Below are positions 15,201-30,200 of a stretch of DNA of 64,000 bases, piece after piece (the stretch's first letter is position 1; the number at the start of each line of letters is the position of its first letter). Source of the DNA: Phoronis australis (taxonomy: Eukaryota; Animalia; Phoronida); contig NMRA01000008.1 of the NCBI GenBank assembly GCA_002633005.1, positions 2,029,942 through 2,093,941 on the forward strand, given 5' to 3'. Below the pieces are notes generated by a model that saw only the letters and a program-made list of their open reading frames with translations, searched no databases and was not told where the DNA came from. Both the position numbers and the translations under genes were made by a program.

Positions 15201-18200
15201 CCTTCATTTTGAGAACCAGTTTTCACCACTGAATAACGGACATCAAGCTGGTTCTCAAAATGTGAGCGCATTATACCCGACTATTGCCTATTGAACAGCA
15301 GTTAGTACTTATTGTTGTTCATTCCAGGATAAAGACTGTTGTATGCCTTGGTGAAGGTGCAGGAGCCAATGTTTTGGCAAGATTTGCTGTAAGTTGTGAG
15401 AACAATGAGCTTGATTTGCTGCACTACTGTGTTCACACTGCTCTGTGTAAAATAATAAGCTTGCTTGAGATTTCAAGTAGTTTTTCCTTTGCTCACAAGT
15501 ATAGACAATGCATTGCTTACTAGAGATTTCAAGGAGAGCCTCCAATTGAAACTTGTATTCCGTACTACAGCGCCCTCATTCAGCAGTGGGCTCATTATGT
15601 TGGTGAGTGCTTTTTCGGAAATCCCTGTGTGTACTTTTGATATGGAGGAAAAAATGTCGCAGGAACAGTGCAACACAGCGATGCGGACATGATGAGAGAT
15701 GGAGAATGCATTTTTGTCGAACATTACAAACAATTGAGAGCTTATGACTCCAAAAGCAATCACGTGGGCTTTTAGTCAATAAAAAACCTCGGGTACTGTC
15801 ACTTGGCACTTGTTATTATGTTGTAATCGAGCTTATCATACACTTGGGCTTGTGCCGCTTCACTGTGCTTAGTACTGCGGGACACTGTATTTTTACCATT
15901 AGGACTTTGATTGTGGATCCTGTTGGCAGTGTAGTCATGCCTCTGTACACTGGGACTCCACTGTTTTGATACTTCGCAACACTGCAGTTTTACCTGGCTT
16001 TCTAATTGTGGATCTTGTCCTTGCAGTGTAGTCAAACCTCCTGTGCACTGGGACTCCACTGTTCTGATACTTTGTAACACTGCAGTTTTACCTGACACTC
16101 TAATTGTGGATCTTGTCCTTACAGTGTAGTCATGCTTCCCGTACACTGGGACTCGTTCTGCTTCACTGTACTGGTACTACTGCTGGATTCATGGAGTCAA
16201 TCAAGGATAAGGTAAATATTCTATTTGCCATCATAACAAGTAGGTATGTGCCAGAAAAATGGAGAATTTTTGTCCAATTTTGCAACCAGAATTTTACAAC
16301 AGTCATGGAAATATGAGGAGGCACCATAGGTCGGTGGTTTTTAGCTCCGGTCTGTCATTAGGACAACAGGGCCCGGGTGTAATCTTTGTACTCGATAAAT
16401 ATAATTATTATTAAAAGTTTTCCATTCTTCTTTTGTGGAAACTCTAGATAAGTGTCTATTATTCTGTGCTCGAGTACATTGTGTATGTGGATGAATGTCT
16501 ATAATCCTATTGTGTACTTCATGACACCAGAAGATTTAAGTTTGAGTTTTAACTCAAAATTTTGAGTGTTTACTCGAAATCTCAAGTTTTTACTTGAGGT
16601 TGTAGCTCGAATCTATGGGTCATCAAGTGTGAATTTGGACGAGTCGCTCATTGTAGTAAATCATAATATACTTGAGCTCAGAATGATAGGGAGCTCTAAT
16701 TAATTTAAAAGTAGTACGGAAAATATCAAAGATAATTTTGATTTCGAGTACAAAGATTAAAACCCAAACCCTGGGTTCAAGTCCTGGCTAGACTGGCAGG
16801 CAATGAAAGAATTTCAAATACCAACTGGTTACGTGGGACTGGATACCACTGACCTCTAGAGGACAAGGAGGCATTTTATAACTTTTTTTAAAAGACATCA
16901 AATCTAATAACAAACACTGTAAAGGGGTCTTTTCACGAAGTTCAACTGCTCCCTATGCCACCCGCTACAACAGCTATGTAACTCCTGGTACACCTTGGTG
17001 GTGATATGAGTCACCAGTCCCACGAGATAGCCTCCATTGTTTCCTGAAAGTCTCTCATTGAGCACTGCACAAAATAAGTTTCTAAGTCCTCTGACCTCGT
17101 TCCCAGTTGGGGATGTATACAACGAATGAGAACCTGAATATAATTCGAATGCGATACCCGGGGATTTAGTTATTTTTATTTTTTGAATAGTCAAATAAAC
17201 TTAGTTTACAGGTGCATGAGCCGTGTTCATACGTGCGTGAGCCGTGCTCATACGTGCGTGAGCCTTGTTGTTCACTTAGCCTGACTGCACTTGTTATTAA
17301 GCAGTTGCTGCTGTTGATAAAATTACAATTCTGTAATTGTGCAAAGTGTCTGGAGAATTACCATGATGTTACTTCTTTTTACTGGGCTTAAGAGTTGAGA
17401 ATTGAAATCTAATATCCTGGTGTCACAGCCAAGCATTTGTATTGCAGCTATATACTTACGGTTTGAAGGATCAGTCAGTTAATTGTTTTTTTATGTTCCT
17501 TAACCTCAGGAAACCGTTAAAAATGGTATCCGGAAAAGAAATGATTTATACAATAAATCACACTTATTGTCAACCTGATTCAAACATATGACATAACGAA
17601 TGAAAATTTGATTCCAATGTCGGGTTGTTCGCAAAACGTGGAGTACATTAACAGCATCATACTAGAATATTTCACTCCTCTACAAAATAACTTAAAATGC
17701 TATTGTTTGCTGCCACCATGTTTGTTTCTAAAAAATATGTCAGCATGTTAAACAAGCTATTGAAGCCTCGTTCGAATCTTTGTTTAATTGTAGATCATTG
17801 GTTGGAAACTGGACCACATTGGTATCAATCCTGCTGCAGAACACTATCTGGTGCTGCACAGATTTGGACTGGTATGTAGTCTTGTCCTGTTGGTTATAAG
17901 CCAGATCACATTTCATGCAAGAAGTGCTCTGTTTGGTCCTTCTTGTGCTTAGCTCGCTCCGTGGTTGATGGTTGGCCGTCAACGTTATTGGCAGATGTCA
18001 TTTAACCTGGAACTTTTTGTCTATGTACGTGACATTGCAGCAGTTCTCTTTCTGGTCAATTCAAAGCTTGAGCAAGTTGTAGATAAAGTAGCGTGCTGTG
18101 AAGCTTGAAAGATGTGTTCCATCAGCTGAGATTTGTATGTCAGCTAGCATCTGCGCAACACCGTCTCTGTAAATACTATGACCAGATGTTAGATGCCACA

Positions 18201-21200
18201 CCGAGACCTACGGTGACCCCGCAGCTGGTTCAGAGTTGAAGCTTTGCAAATAGCTGTGGGTCTTACATTAGTGTTTGATTACAGCACATATATGATAGTG
18301 TGGAGAATGATGTAAGTATCAAGGGGTGGTCACTAACTACTGTCGTGCGTGCCCTAATTACTTGCCTCTCCTCGTTAGTGATTGTTTAGTGAATATTTCT
18401 GACCAACAAGTGTGCCCGAGTGTCGAATGCATTCACTACGGCTGGTGTTTGGGAAGAGAATGCCTACTTACTGGTATGTAGCTACCGGCGAATTAGTAAT
18501 CACTTAAATGTGATTGGATGGCTAATGGATGTGTTGAATTGTGGGTATAAATTGTGGATATTTGTCCGCTGTTGCTCGCTGGCTTATAGTATCTCACAAA
18601 TAACTGGTCGTGGTGAACAATGCATCTCCTTAATTAATACTGTGTCGACACAGTGAAGTACTAGACAGTAGTGTATCCAAATCAGTCGCACCTCTATTTT
18701 ATTTTCAGCTAATACCTATATCCAGAGTGGTTAGTGGTTAACACATTTCATGAAAGTTTTAATCAACTTTCCTTTGTTACTTGTTCACTCGAGTCCAATC
18801 GTTTTCATTAATTACATTAATTACTTCCTTTAAGCACGACTTGTATAGAAAATTTTTTGTCTTTGTGTGTGTGTGTGTTTTGTGTGTGTGTGCGTGCATA
18901 TGTGCATGTGTGTTAGGAGGTTGGTCTGCTTAACAGAAAATGTCAACATTGGTTTTAGCATTAATCATTTTGATTGTGATGGATGTATCACCGTCATTTC
19001 AACCCAAACCCCTGGGAAAATTGTATTTAGTTGAAGACAGCAAGAGCCTGCCTTCTAGTCTACATCAGCAGCTGGTTTAAGCTCACAGGGACCCGAGCTC
19101 CTCTCTGACACTAAGAGATGAACAGTCTGCAGTGAAGGCTCCTTAGTCACATCCAACATAGAGCCCCAAAGGATAGGGCGAACCCTGTAGTTATGTCTGA
19201 ACCGAGGATTCTGCACCATTAGAACTACTGACAGTAGAGTATGTCTGTTCTTGCCATGTCAAGTGTTATTTACAGGGTGATATCAACCTCACACACTGAT
19301 TGTCATGGTTAACATTTCTCATTCTCCATCCTTCAGAGACTGGGTGAGACGGAATGACTGTTTTCGTTTCATACATTCTGTTCTAATGATCACGCAGTGC
19401 ACAGGTGGATCTGGGATGTCACGAGAGGGCCTAATTTTCAACCCCAAGTAACAGATGCTCAAAGCCCATAGCTTCGCCTACAGTGTATCTTGATCAAATG
19501 GACAGGTGTTGACCTGTCATTCGGTGCAATAGTAATCAATTATTAGCCAGTGTCCGTTCGAAGCACACAACACTATGAGCCATAGATCATGCAAAGATTA
19601 AGCTGTTATTGGCTGGTATTTTTTCTACACCTTGAGGATCAGGCAATACAATCCTTATGAGGAAAAAATGATGGCTAGAAATTCTGCATGGAGAGGATGT
19701 AATTAATGTCACTGTAAAAGTAACTCTATTTAACCAAACATCACAATTGTTGCCTGGGAGTAAAGAACAATGACTGATTTTGAGAGTGGTCAAAATATTG
19801 CTCGTTATAGTCTTGAATACCCCTGATGGAAGGTGATTCACCAAGAAAAAAATTTCTCAGTCAAAAATGCTACATATTTTAACCCTGTTTATTCTTTGAA
19901 TGCAGCACAATATCTGTCGCATTTTAAGTAAACACAAAGTACGTTTCCGATTTACATGCTTGGGTGCATGCAAGGATTGCCACAGAAATTTGAAATCCAC
20001 TTTTTGGTCCATTTGTCCAAATTAGCGAAACAATGTATGTAGGACTCACAGATTAATTTTAAAAATTCACAGATGACATTTGTAAATGTCAGCATTCTGT
20101 GTGTTGTGGTGTTTCCTGAAACTGGAGGCTCGAAACAGCTACATACTGACTGACACACTTACACTGGTAGCTGATTTAACATGATTACGGGTAATAGCTG
20201 GAGAAAATCCTTTAATGGAAGGTTGCATTAGCTGTCCAAACCCTCTCGTTCAATCTTTAATCCACCTGTGCTGTGTGATCAGTCTATGTTCTGCAGTAAA
20301 TATGCATTTTGATGGGTTATTCAGCTTCACTTCTTTTCTTTTCATATTTTGAGCAATTTTCATTGTGGTGGAAGGTACATTTTTATATTCTGTTTTTACC
20401 ACGGTGCAGTACCATCAGGCACGGTGCAGTACCATCAGGCCCTGTCACTCCAAGCTCATTCTCAGGACGTCCGAGCCGTCTCACTGTCTTGGTGAAACGG
20501 GTTGGGCATGGATGAATATCGACAACTTTGGCCAAATTTGTCTCAAACGTGATACCATTCAGGGGCTTCTCACGTAGATTGTTAACTCTTGTTTGGTTCC
20601 CATTCGGTTTTCAGGTTTTTGAGATTGTCCTAAGAACTGTCTTGGTGTAAGAGGGCCAATTACACGCACATTGAAACTAACTTCGTGTTTTGTTAAAGAA
20701 AATGTCTTGTTGCTGTAATCCACTTTGTGTTCGAGTTTTTGAGAGTATTGTGGTTTGAGATTTTTTGAATGTTCTAGATTTTGCTATAGATACAATGACT
20801 GTTTTAATATCAATTTATGCCCATAAATGAGTTGAAAATAATGCTCTTCTTTGTTGCTGTGTTATTCACCATGCAAAAAACTTTTAGATGAGTTCTTGGA
20901 ATTTGTTTTATGACAGGTCATGCACCCAGTCATAGCTTAAAGATTTTTGTTGGCACACAATTTACTTTATAATGACATCTAGTTTTGGTCGTTATGTATA
21001 AATATGGACATGTTTCGTGCTTACGGTATATGGCGTATTTAGGCACATGTGCCTATATTCAAAGATGTGTTTAGAACCAGAATTAGGCGTATGGCACCCT
21101 AACTAAATGAGTAAAATAATCTGTAGTAGTACACAAGTCGAAAGTTTGATGTGGACGACGGAGTCATTTTGAGGACTGGTTAGGATGCACGGTAGACTTC

Positions 21201-24200
21201 CTACTTCTCTGAGATCCAGCTATGCCAAGTGTCTTTTTTTCATAGTTGCCAGTTCAAAGTGGTTCATTTTGCAGACTTAAGTTTAACCGCAGTGCGCCTG
21301 ATTTAGGCACATCCCAATTGCCTTTTTAAAAATTTTCTCAGTTGCTTGTGATATGTAGTGAAAAATGTTAGGAGTGATATGGGATAGCTTAACATGCTGC
21401 CTGTTAATGATAGTGTATTTAGTTAGCAACTGAATTCGCCTTTTGTTTTTCATTTGAAAACTGTTGGTATTAGATTAGCTAATCAGATGGTTTAAGTCAA
21501 TCAGTCATTGCTTTGATTTCCATCCAAGCATTATATGCTATTCATGTCTGATTCAATAATTTTGTTCATCCTTCATGAAATACAAAGACGTCTAAACCAA
21601 TTTAGTTCCCGAACTTGACTAGCACCTGTTACTCATACTAAAACCTCTAATGTGAGCCTAGAACGCGATGTTATCCAAGTTATACTCTGTAATATAGGGA
21701 ATGTGCTGTGAAACCAAGTAAAAAGTTTTCGCACTGGTCGGATTAGTCACTTGTCGAGGACGAGCAGCGTGTGCCTGTAACCTCAGCAAGGTGCCTGTAC
21801 TCACAAGTGTAAGTTAGGTGCATATGCCTAAACAGTGTGCGAAATACTAATGAGTAAACAGGTATTTTAGTAATGAGTAAACAATTTTCTTTGCAAAAAC
21901 GCTGTATTTCGAATATTGGTATATGGGTCATAATACGCACATATACAGCGTTGCAGTCACAATCTGTGCCCATGATCGTCTAAGCTATGACTGTGCATAC
22001 TGCGTTTAATAAAACACGCCCCCGACAGGGTGCGTATATCTTTGTTGAGTGTTCTGTTTATAATAAGAAGAGTACTGTAAGTTGTTATACTCACTTTGTC
22101 TTGCATGCTCGTAAGTTGCTAATTGTGCTGTAGTTAGACATTACATTGATATTGTCCTCATGCCTGCATCAGGTTTCATGCACTTTTCAAAGAACTGGAA
22201 AAATGTTTTGTATCACTGCTCCTTCGTTTCACATCGAAAAGAATCCATTTATGTTACCAAGAAGTAGGTTTGAAAATTGAATTGAGTGAACATGGGAATT
22301 TCTTCCTGCCTTTATTTGTACAAAATTACACGTAGATTGTTAAAGTAAAAAATTGGAAGTTGGGAGTGGGAGTTAAGCCGAAGCGTTAAACCAAAGAAGA
22401 TGTGGTATGTTAAAGGACAAAATGAATGGCTGAATGCAGCGCTGAGCTGACTGAACCTAAAATTAGTGTTGCTTTCCAGCAATGGATTGAGATGAAGTTT
22501 GCCAGTGTTAGCTCTTCGCTAATTTTAGACGTAATGTAGTGCCGATGTGGTCAATTGTTAATTTGCATAAACGCAACGATCTGGTAACTACCATTTGAGA
22601 TCCATTAGTCCTAATCCCATCCGAATTAATCTGAGTATTGTGTTCAAAAAGAATTAATCTGAGACCTGCGTTCAAGAAGTTGTCAACCTTCACCAATGGT
22701 GTGGTGCTATTGGGGGGCGCTTGGGGGGTCTAGGGAAATTCCTTTTTAGCTATTGGGGGTCACTTGAGGAGCAACGGAAAGAACGTAAGCTTTCCTGGAT
22801 AAATAAGGACTGTTTTAATAGCTATGCAAATCTAATTAACGTGGTTTGGGATTTTCTAGTTTTAATCCTGGGATAAGCCTTAATGGGTTTGTCGTTGAAC
22901 AATTTTTCATGAATTTTCACGATTGAAGATTCATTTTAATGATGTGTGGGACCCTAGAAAATGTCATAATTTGGCTAACTTTGAAACATTCTCAGAAATG
23001 GTCGATCGGATTCATGTCAAACTTTCAAATACCAATAGTACGCTGAGTGTTAAGAATTGAAGGAAAGTCTACTAAAATTTTAGGACTTAAATGATTCTCA
23101 TGAAAGAAAAAAAAGTTGGGATAATGTTGAAAACTAATAGCGTTTTTGAGATTTCATCATGAACATTTACCGTCGAATAGAATTTGGCTGTGTTATTGAT
23201 ACTGTCGTTTTGTTATTAAAAGATCTTGCCTTTCTTTTTTGCTAAATGTTACTTTAAAGACATAGTCGCGTGACCCAATTAATGGCACAAGTCAAAAATC
23301 AAATTCTACAGGCTTTCTGCTTTCAGAAATTATGCTTTTACTGAATTGAAATCCAATCTATAGATATTTGGCTTTTACACCAACTTGAAGGTCTTGTATA
23401 AAGTTAACGCACTCTCATCCTTGTAATCATTGTTATTGATCATCACCTTCATTGTTACAGTTGCCATCAGTCGGCGATGCACGAGTTTGTATTATATCTT
23501 GTATAAAACATTAATTTTATAGTATCACTGTTTATGTTATAGTCGTGGTGATTGAACTGTTATTGTTATGGTTTGTGCTGTTTTACAGTACACATGCAGA
23601 CAAAGTCGCAAAACAGCTTTTACCAAACAGAAGTCAATGGACGGCGTAGGTTATGACACTGTTTTGCTGGCTAATAGTTGCTTTGTTGTGGGTTCAATGC
23701 TGTTAGTTGAAACGCTGTTGTGCTGGCATGAGAATGTCCACTGAGTGGCGTTAGAATCTGTATTGTACTGTTTGCTTTGCCATTTCATCATATAATTAAA
23801 TTAATTAGAAGTTTGCTTTCCCTCCCCAGGCAGACTTCAATTTGTTTAAATTTTAAAAATTTATATTCTTGCAAAAAAAATAAGCATGATTTATCATTTA
23901 CCATGAAAAGTGGAGGACCGATTTCAACAATCTCACAGTGCTGTCGACATGCATTACTTAAATATGTACGTCAACATAAAAAAATTTTTTTATTTGCCTA
24001 CATTTCCATCTCCGGTTTGTCAGGACAGGGATTAGAGGAAAAAACACCTTAGGGACATTCTCACTTGATTTCGTTTAATACAAACAAACATCAGGCTCAA
24101 TTCGATTGTGCTGTTATGTTTCACAGGCCTCATTCTTCTACATGTTTCTGGCTGGTGACTCCCTCTGGAGGGGATGTGCAGTGCCACGCCATTTGTATGC

Positions 24201-27200
24201 TGCTTTTGGATGTGTTGCTCGTGCTCAGTCTGTTTGTACAGTACAAGGCAAAAGTAATCAAACAAAATGACCCCGCAGAATTCCCCGTCATGTTGTCTGG
24301 GCAGAAGCCGAATTCACCGCCAGAGTGGTCTCCCCTGATGACCGAGAATGAAGGGGAATTGCCTGGAAAGTTAGTAAGGTGGCCAGACCATTCTGTAAGC
24401 AGAATTTTGCTGTACTAATATATGTTAAGTCATTTTTTGATGCTGACTGAGGCGTCATGACGGGGAAAACAAAATTTTGTCTGATAACTTTTGTCTTGTA
24501 CTGTGTTATGTCTGATAACTCTTGTCTTGTACTGTACTTCTGTTTCAGAGCTTTATGTTTGATGCAAGGAATTGTATGTCTTAGAATAGGCACTAGTTTT
24601 TGTCTTGCACTGTCTAGTTCTATGGAGATAATGCCTTTTATCGGTTCAATTAGTTAATGGTTCTCGGTGCAAATACTGAAATGAAAATGCAAGCACTGTT
24701 CGTTTGATGATTGTTTATTTCGCATTTTGAATAATCCAGCTGTGGCAAAACAACCACACAGTGTAGTTTAAGAAACAAATGAATGTGAAGATGCCACTTG
24801 TAATTCACAAAACCAGTGCTGTCCCCAATTAAATTACTTTGCAATCTTGGCCAAATCCTAGTACGGTAGAATTTATCCAGTTTGGGACTGAAAAATCATA
24901 AATATTTAGCGCAAGGTTGGAGCTTGTGCCAAATTTTAGAAATTGGCAATACTGGCCATTTCAAATTCGAGACTTTAAGATCAACAGCAAAATGTCGATC
25001 ATTCACCTCGATTTTGCACACCGTGGGTACACATGAAAACGTTGCCTAGTTAGCTATTTTCAATGATTTTATAAACTACATATCTCTTTCTAGATTGTGA
25101 TGATACAAAATGCAGTGTTCAATATTTGAGGAATACGATAATTGCCTACATTGTCCTTGTACCAAACTTCTGCATCAAGAAAATTTAATTTCAACTTGAA
25201 TTTCGGTGTCTCACAAACTGGAGTATTTCTACTGTAACATAAATTAAAATCCTGTGATGATCAGAACTGCAACGTCCTTATTGGCCTAGTGTAGGCTATC
25301 AGGAACTAACTGTGAACAGGTTGGTCACTTGGTCACTGCTTAGGGCCTGCATTAACAGAAAGCTACTACCTCAGTTGGCTTCCTCGAATGAAACTTACTG
25401 GATCGCAATAGACTTCCTGAAATACCACAGTGCCCTCTCTGGTTCTGCAGTATTTACCCTCAATGCTGTGGGTCAGTAGAGCACTTGGCTTTTGGCTTGT
25501 AGTTGTACACTACTGCAGTATGCCATTTGTCCTTGATGCCAATAAGTGTTTTGTTGTTGTGGAGTGAGTGCAAGAAATTGAAAAGCTGAGTGAAGCTTGA
25601 TAAGCCATAGTTGGCTAGTGAGACTCGACTTAAGAGTGCATTGGCTGTCCTTTCTTTCTTTCTTTATTGTGATATTTAAAATGAGGGTGGCCTCTTCAGT
25701 GATAGCACTGCTTTCCAAGAGGGCCCTCCTACCTTTTAAAACCTCGGTCAATCGTATACTGTTTTCTACCCCCCCACATTAGAGAGTTGAATTGGAGATA
25801 CGAGAGTTGAATGAATTAGTCACTAGTTCATTTTATAACTGTTCACGTCTTGATGTAAGCAGTGTGAGCCCCACCAACTTTCAGTTAAGGCAGCGCCATC
25901 TTCAGAGCCGAGCTTTAAGCTCCTCATCTGCTCAAACCCTTTGTTGGTAGGTCATTCATGGCTCGCCGCACTCGAGGGGTTTTGAGATGGCCGTCAATAC
26001 GCGCTCGCATTATAATACAGTGCCAAAAGAGTATTCTTTAGCTTCACAGACACAACATGGCAGACCACGTCCCCTTTATAAATACGAGATACTTAGAATC
26101 TTTTGAATTTCTCCCATGTCACCTGGTGACCCCAACCAGTTTTATCCACATTCCAGTCTCAATGGGGGGTGGTCATCAGAGGAGTGACTACTCACTAGGT
26201 CACATAGTGAGTGTTATTACTGTTTCTGGCTAGATCATATCTAAAGAGAAGATTTGAAACCATCCAGGCTGTGCTTTCATTTTCCATGTGGGACATGAAA
26301 ACTGACCAAGTATATATAAATCTGAATAGAGTTTAGTAAAAATTACACTATGCGGCTTGTTGACTTTTCAAAATTGGTGAAGTAATAGCAATTTTGTCAA
26401 CAAAAACCCAAGTCTTGAGCTATTCATTGGAAAGTCGTTTCCAGCATGGCTTATCTGCTAATTATACTGCATCACTGACTCACAATAGAAGCTGGGCCTG
26501 AAAGAATGTGGATAAACCTAGTTACCATGATGGAATCTGGTTTATAGGGCATGTTCGCATCATGAAGTGAAATGTGATTTTGTCAAATTTGTCAGCAAAA
26601 ACGTTCTTTTCAGAGGAGGTATTCTCATCTCAAATTAAAGAATTTTTACTTACCTTATTATTTTGTAATCAATGGATCTGCTTTCATGAATATTTTCTAC
26701 CTCACCATGGTATGCTGCTTTCATGAATATTTTCTACCTCACCATGGTATGCTGCTTTCATGAATATTTTCTACCTCACCATGGTATGCTGCTTTCATGA
26801 ATATTTTCTACCTCACCATGGTATGCTGCTTTCATGAATATTTTCTACCTCACCAAGGTATGCTTACATTACAGCACATTGGCCACACTTAATTGTTTTT
26901 GATAGTTTGTGACGAGATATCTCATTGCTTGATGCTTTCCCTGCTGCATGACCTGTTCACAAAAATTACGGAAAATCTGCCTTTTTCCGGGTTTCAAAAA
27001 AGGTGGAAGCAAGGTTTTCATCTCTGAACTTCACAGGAAATGATACTTCAAATTGATTTTCCTTTCGTAGTATTATACGCTGGGGTTATTGAACGAAACG
27101 TTTACATTACTGTCACTTAAAGTGCTAATTAGCCAAACATTAGCAAACTCCAAACTTGAATAAATCCTGTTAGTGCCGATGAATCTTCCTGTTAAAGTGA

Positions 27201-30200
27201 TCAATGAACTCCATTTGGTCCATAGTGTAATTAGCAATGCTAGCAAAATAAATGGATCTACCTCAAAACACGAAACAATACATTGGTTTTCAATGAGGGT
27301 GCTGCATGGACCTTTAGTGATCAAATCGTGTTCTGCTTTTCTTGGATGTTTCTACATCGGTCTTTTTTCTACTGCTTGTGGCAGAAACTGACCTCTTGTC
27401 ATCAATTGTACTTGAATTATCTCGGAATGATATTTTAATATGGTGACCACCAGAATGTTAAAATGCCTATAAACCTGCCTTATCAATCACAAAACAGTAT
27501 TTGATTTATAGACCACTCCCTACTGAGAAACTGGTCTCAAAGTGTTAATTAGTCAAATAACGGGCGATTTCAGGGCTTTGAAAAAGTAACAGTTCATTAT
27601 TGCTCGAGACCACTGATGCTTTACAAGTTGCTTTCAATGAATAACAGACCGTTAGTTCCTTGCAGACCCAGAATTTACTTCCCGCCTGAGTAAAAAACAA
27701 TTCAAGATCAATTTTATAACTGTTACAGTATGTAGTCTAAATCAAAGGCGTTGGTTTGAAGCCAGATTAACTCTACGCATAGTGATGTAGGCTCATTCAG
27801 TACTGTGTTTGAATGGACACCTGGTCTTGAATTTTTTGTGACTGCATTCATGTTGTGCTTTGATTATTCAGGCAGAAAGTTGAATTCGTACGTCTTGGTC
27901 GCTCATTTCTGAGCCCGTTTGACTTTTTGTTTTGTAACAAGTTCAGTGCAAAATATCACCAGACAAAAAACGATTGCACGGTTGTATTTTTACAACTTAT
28001 TGCCAAGACTGGAACATGACATTTAACATGTAACATGCATGTCGGTATGTACACATTGTTTTCCCCTGTAAAAGCAGGAGTACAAATATCCAGAGCAGTG
28101 GAAGCACACCGATGAATGGCTTTGCACTGCTATGTAATGAGCGTGCCATTTTGAGCATTCGTGGTTCAGCATTTTTTCTGATTGCTATCAATAATCCAAT
28201 ATGCCAGCTTATCTGGTAAAATATCCAGAGGATGATTCTTGGACGTTCAGTAGTTTTCTTATGCATAATGAACAAAAACTGAATAATCGAATTTTGTTCC
28301 TTGTGATACAGTTTTTAGTTAATTTTAAAATTTCAACAAGAGAAAAGTTTTTAGGAAATTTCAATAGCTTTTTTCCTGTCAGTCATGAAATAGAAAGTCC
28401 TACCTGTACTCATACAAGTAATGGTCAGAGCTAAATTGGTCTGAATGAGTGTATCATTCTCATATTATAGTGACATCACGTCTTGCCCACAGGTGGAGTC
28501 GGCTGGCAACAAAGAGCAACTGGAGCAGTTGATCACAGAATTTAAGACAAAGCTGGCCACGCAAATCAACCCTCATAACCTCAAGTTGTTTGTTGATTCC
28601 TTCATGTCGTAAGTGTTGACAGTCTCTGTTATCTGTCATCTTATCAACTTTACGCTCAACTTTAGAAAAATTTTCAGAGAAATTTTTTTTTCTTAGTTGG
28701 ATGTAAGTCCAGTGGTGAAGCAAACCTTGGGGTTTAGTTCCTAAAAGGTGTTCCTGTTCTGTTTGTACAATGCTATGCTAATAAGAAGCTTACTTTTTGT
28801 GCTGAAAAATATTCTTCTCTTGGCTCAGTAAGTCTACTGAAGTATACTAATATAGCTTTTTCATTGTTCATGACCTTGTTGAACAGATAAAATTCACTTA
28901 CTATGAATATTTGTTGCGTAGGATTCCAACGATTCCACCCTGAACTAAGGGTCTTCTTCAACAAGTGGATCATGCGCGTCTTGGTGACCCAGATCCAGAA
29001 TTAGGTCATACACACTGGGAAACTGCAGACCTAATTCTGGATCTAGGTCACAGAGACATGCGAAATCCATTTGTTGAAGAAGAGCTTTTGTCAAGGAAAC
29101 ATTCGAATCCTCCACAGTAAATGTTAGTGGTTAAGTGAATTTTATCTGCTCTGCTGAGGAATACTTTTTTCTTTAAAGAATGTACTTTAATTTCAAAAAA
29201 GTAAGAGAAACTATGATAGCTCACCTGAATGTCGCTGACAAGCTGGTGGAAATCTTTTCCTGAATGAAAAAGCCCGTGGTAAGAATAGTTTTTCCAAATC
29301 GGCAATTAAGCACACGCCATCCTGTTATGAGGTTTGTGTTTTGTTTCAGACGCAGTAACATTGCCAATCAGCTTCATAACATCAAGTAAGTACTGTGATC
29401 AGAGGTGCTCATCCATGTTATCTCCACATTGCTAGACTGGGGAAGAAATGGCTATTGCATTCATGTGATACCCATGACAAACCAATGTTTACATAGTCCA
29501 GCTCTCTTATTGTCTTCTTTCATCTGATGCTCATGTAATCTCTGACCAGCTTAACCACAGTGTTGTGTACCAATGCAAAAGGTGTGCTTGACAAGTTTAA
29601 TGGAGCGTGATTCTAGATTAGATGGTGATAGTGGAAATTTCTTGATTTTTACACTCTGGGCATTAAAAGCAAGAGACTAAAAGCCAAGTGTGAACAACAC
29701 AATGAACACAGCAAAATATGGTCTGGTCAAAATCTCTTGGTACTTGGGGCAGGGCAGGGCAGACATCATGTATTACTATTTAATAACGTTTATTGTTACG
29801 ATTGATTTGGTAGTAATAGCTGTCAATAGTATCTTTTTAGTTTTGTTAGTACTATCAAGTATGCGTTATTGTTTTCGTTAGCATTTGATCAGCATTGGTA
29901 TTAAAAGTTTATAAAGTCATGCAACAAAATAAAAGTTAGTATTGTTAGTCACACCTGACAGTAGAAGATGTAAATAATATGAATTAGTGTAAACAATGAT
30001 TTATGAAACTTCTAAATGCATGTAGTATGAATGATTAATCAATAATACTTTGCTTTGATTCAAGTAATGTAAATAAAACAACACCTGGTACCTATAAACG
30101 GTGGTTATTGTTTATGAAGTGAGAGCTATTCTGTTATTCCCCATGGGCATTGAGTTGATTAAATAAAAATGGGAAGGAGTATGGCTTCCTCTCCCTTTCA

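Noticed and set aside
15345-15370. Active serine hydrolase call for the + strand gene
   Set aside because: The elbow reads G-E-G-A-G with Gly at the nucleophile position, the known non-catalytic NDRG state.
19337-19343. 7-nt possible microexon (cttcAG|AGACTGG|GTGAGA)
   Set aside because: Good splice signals but frame-shifting with no clear partner exon; cannot be supported without RNA data.
26678-26862. 37-bp direct repeats resembling a CRISPR array (also the 32- and 34-bp arrays)
   Set aside because: Head-to-tail units without unique spacers, no cas genes, eukaryotic intron context.
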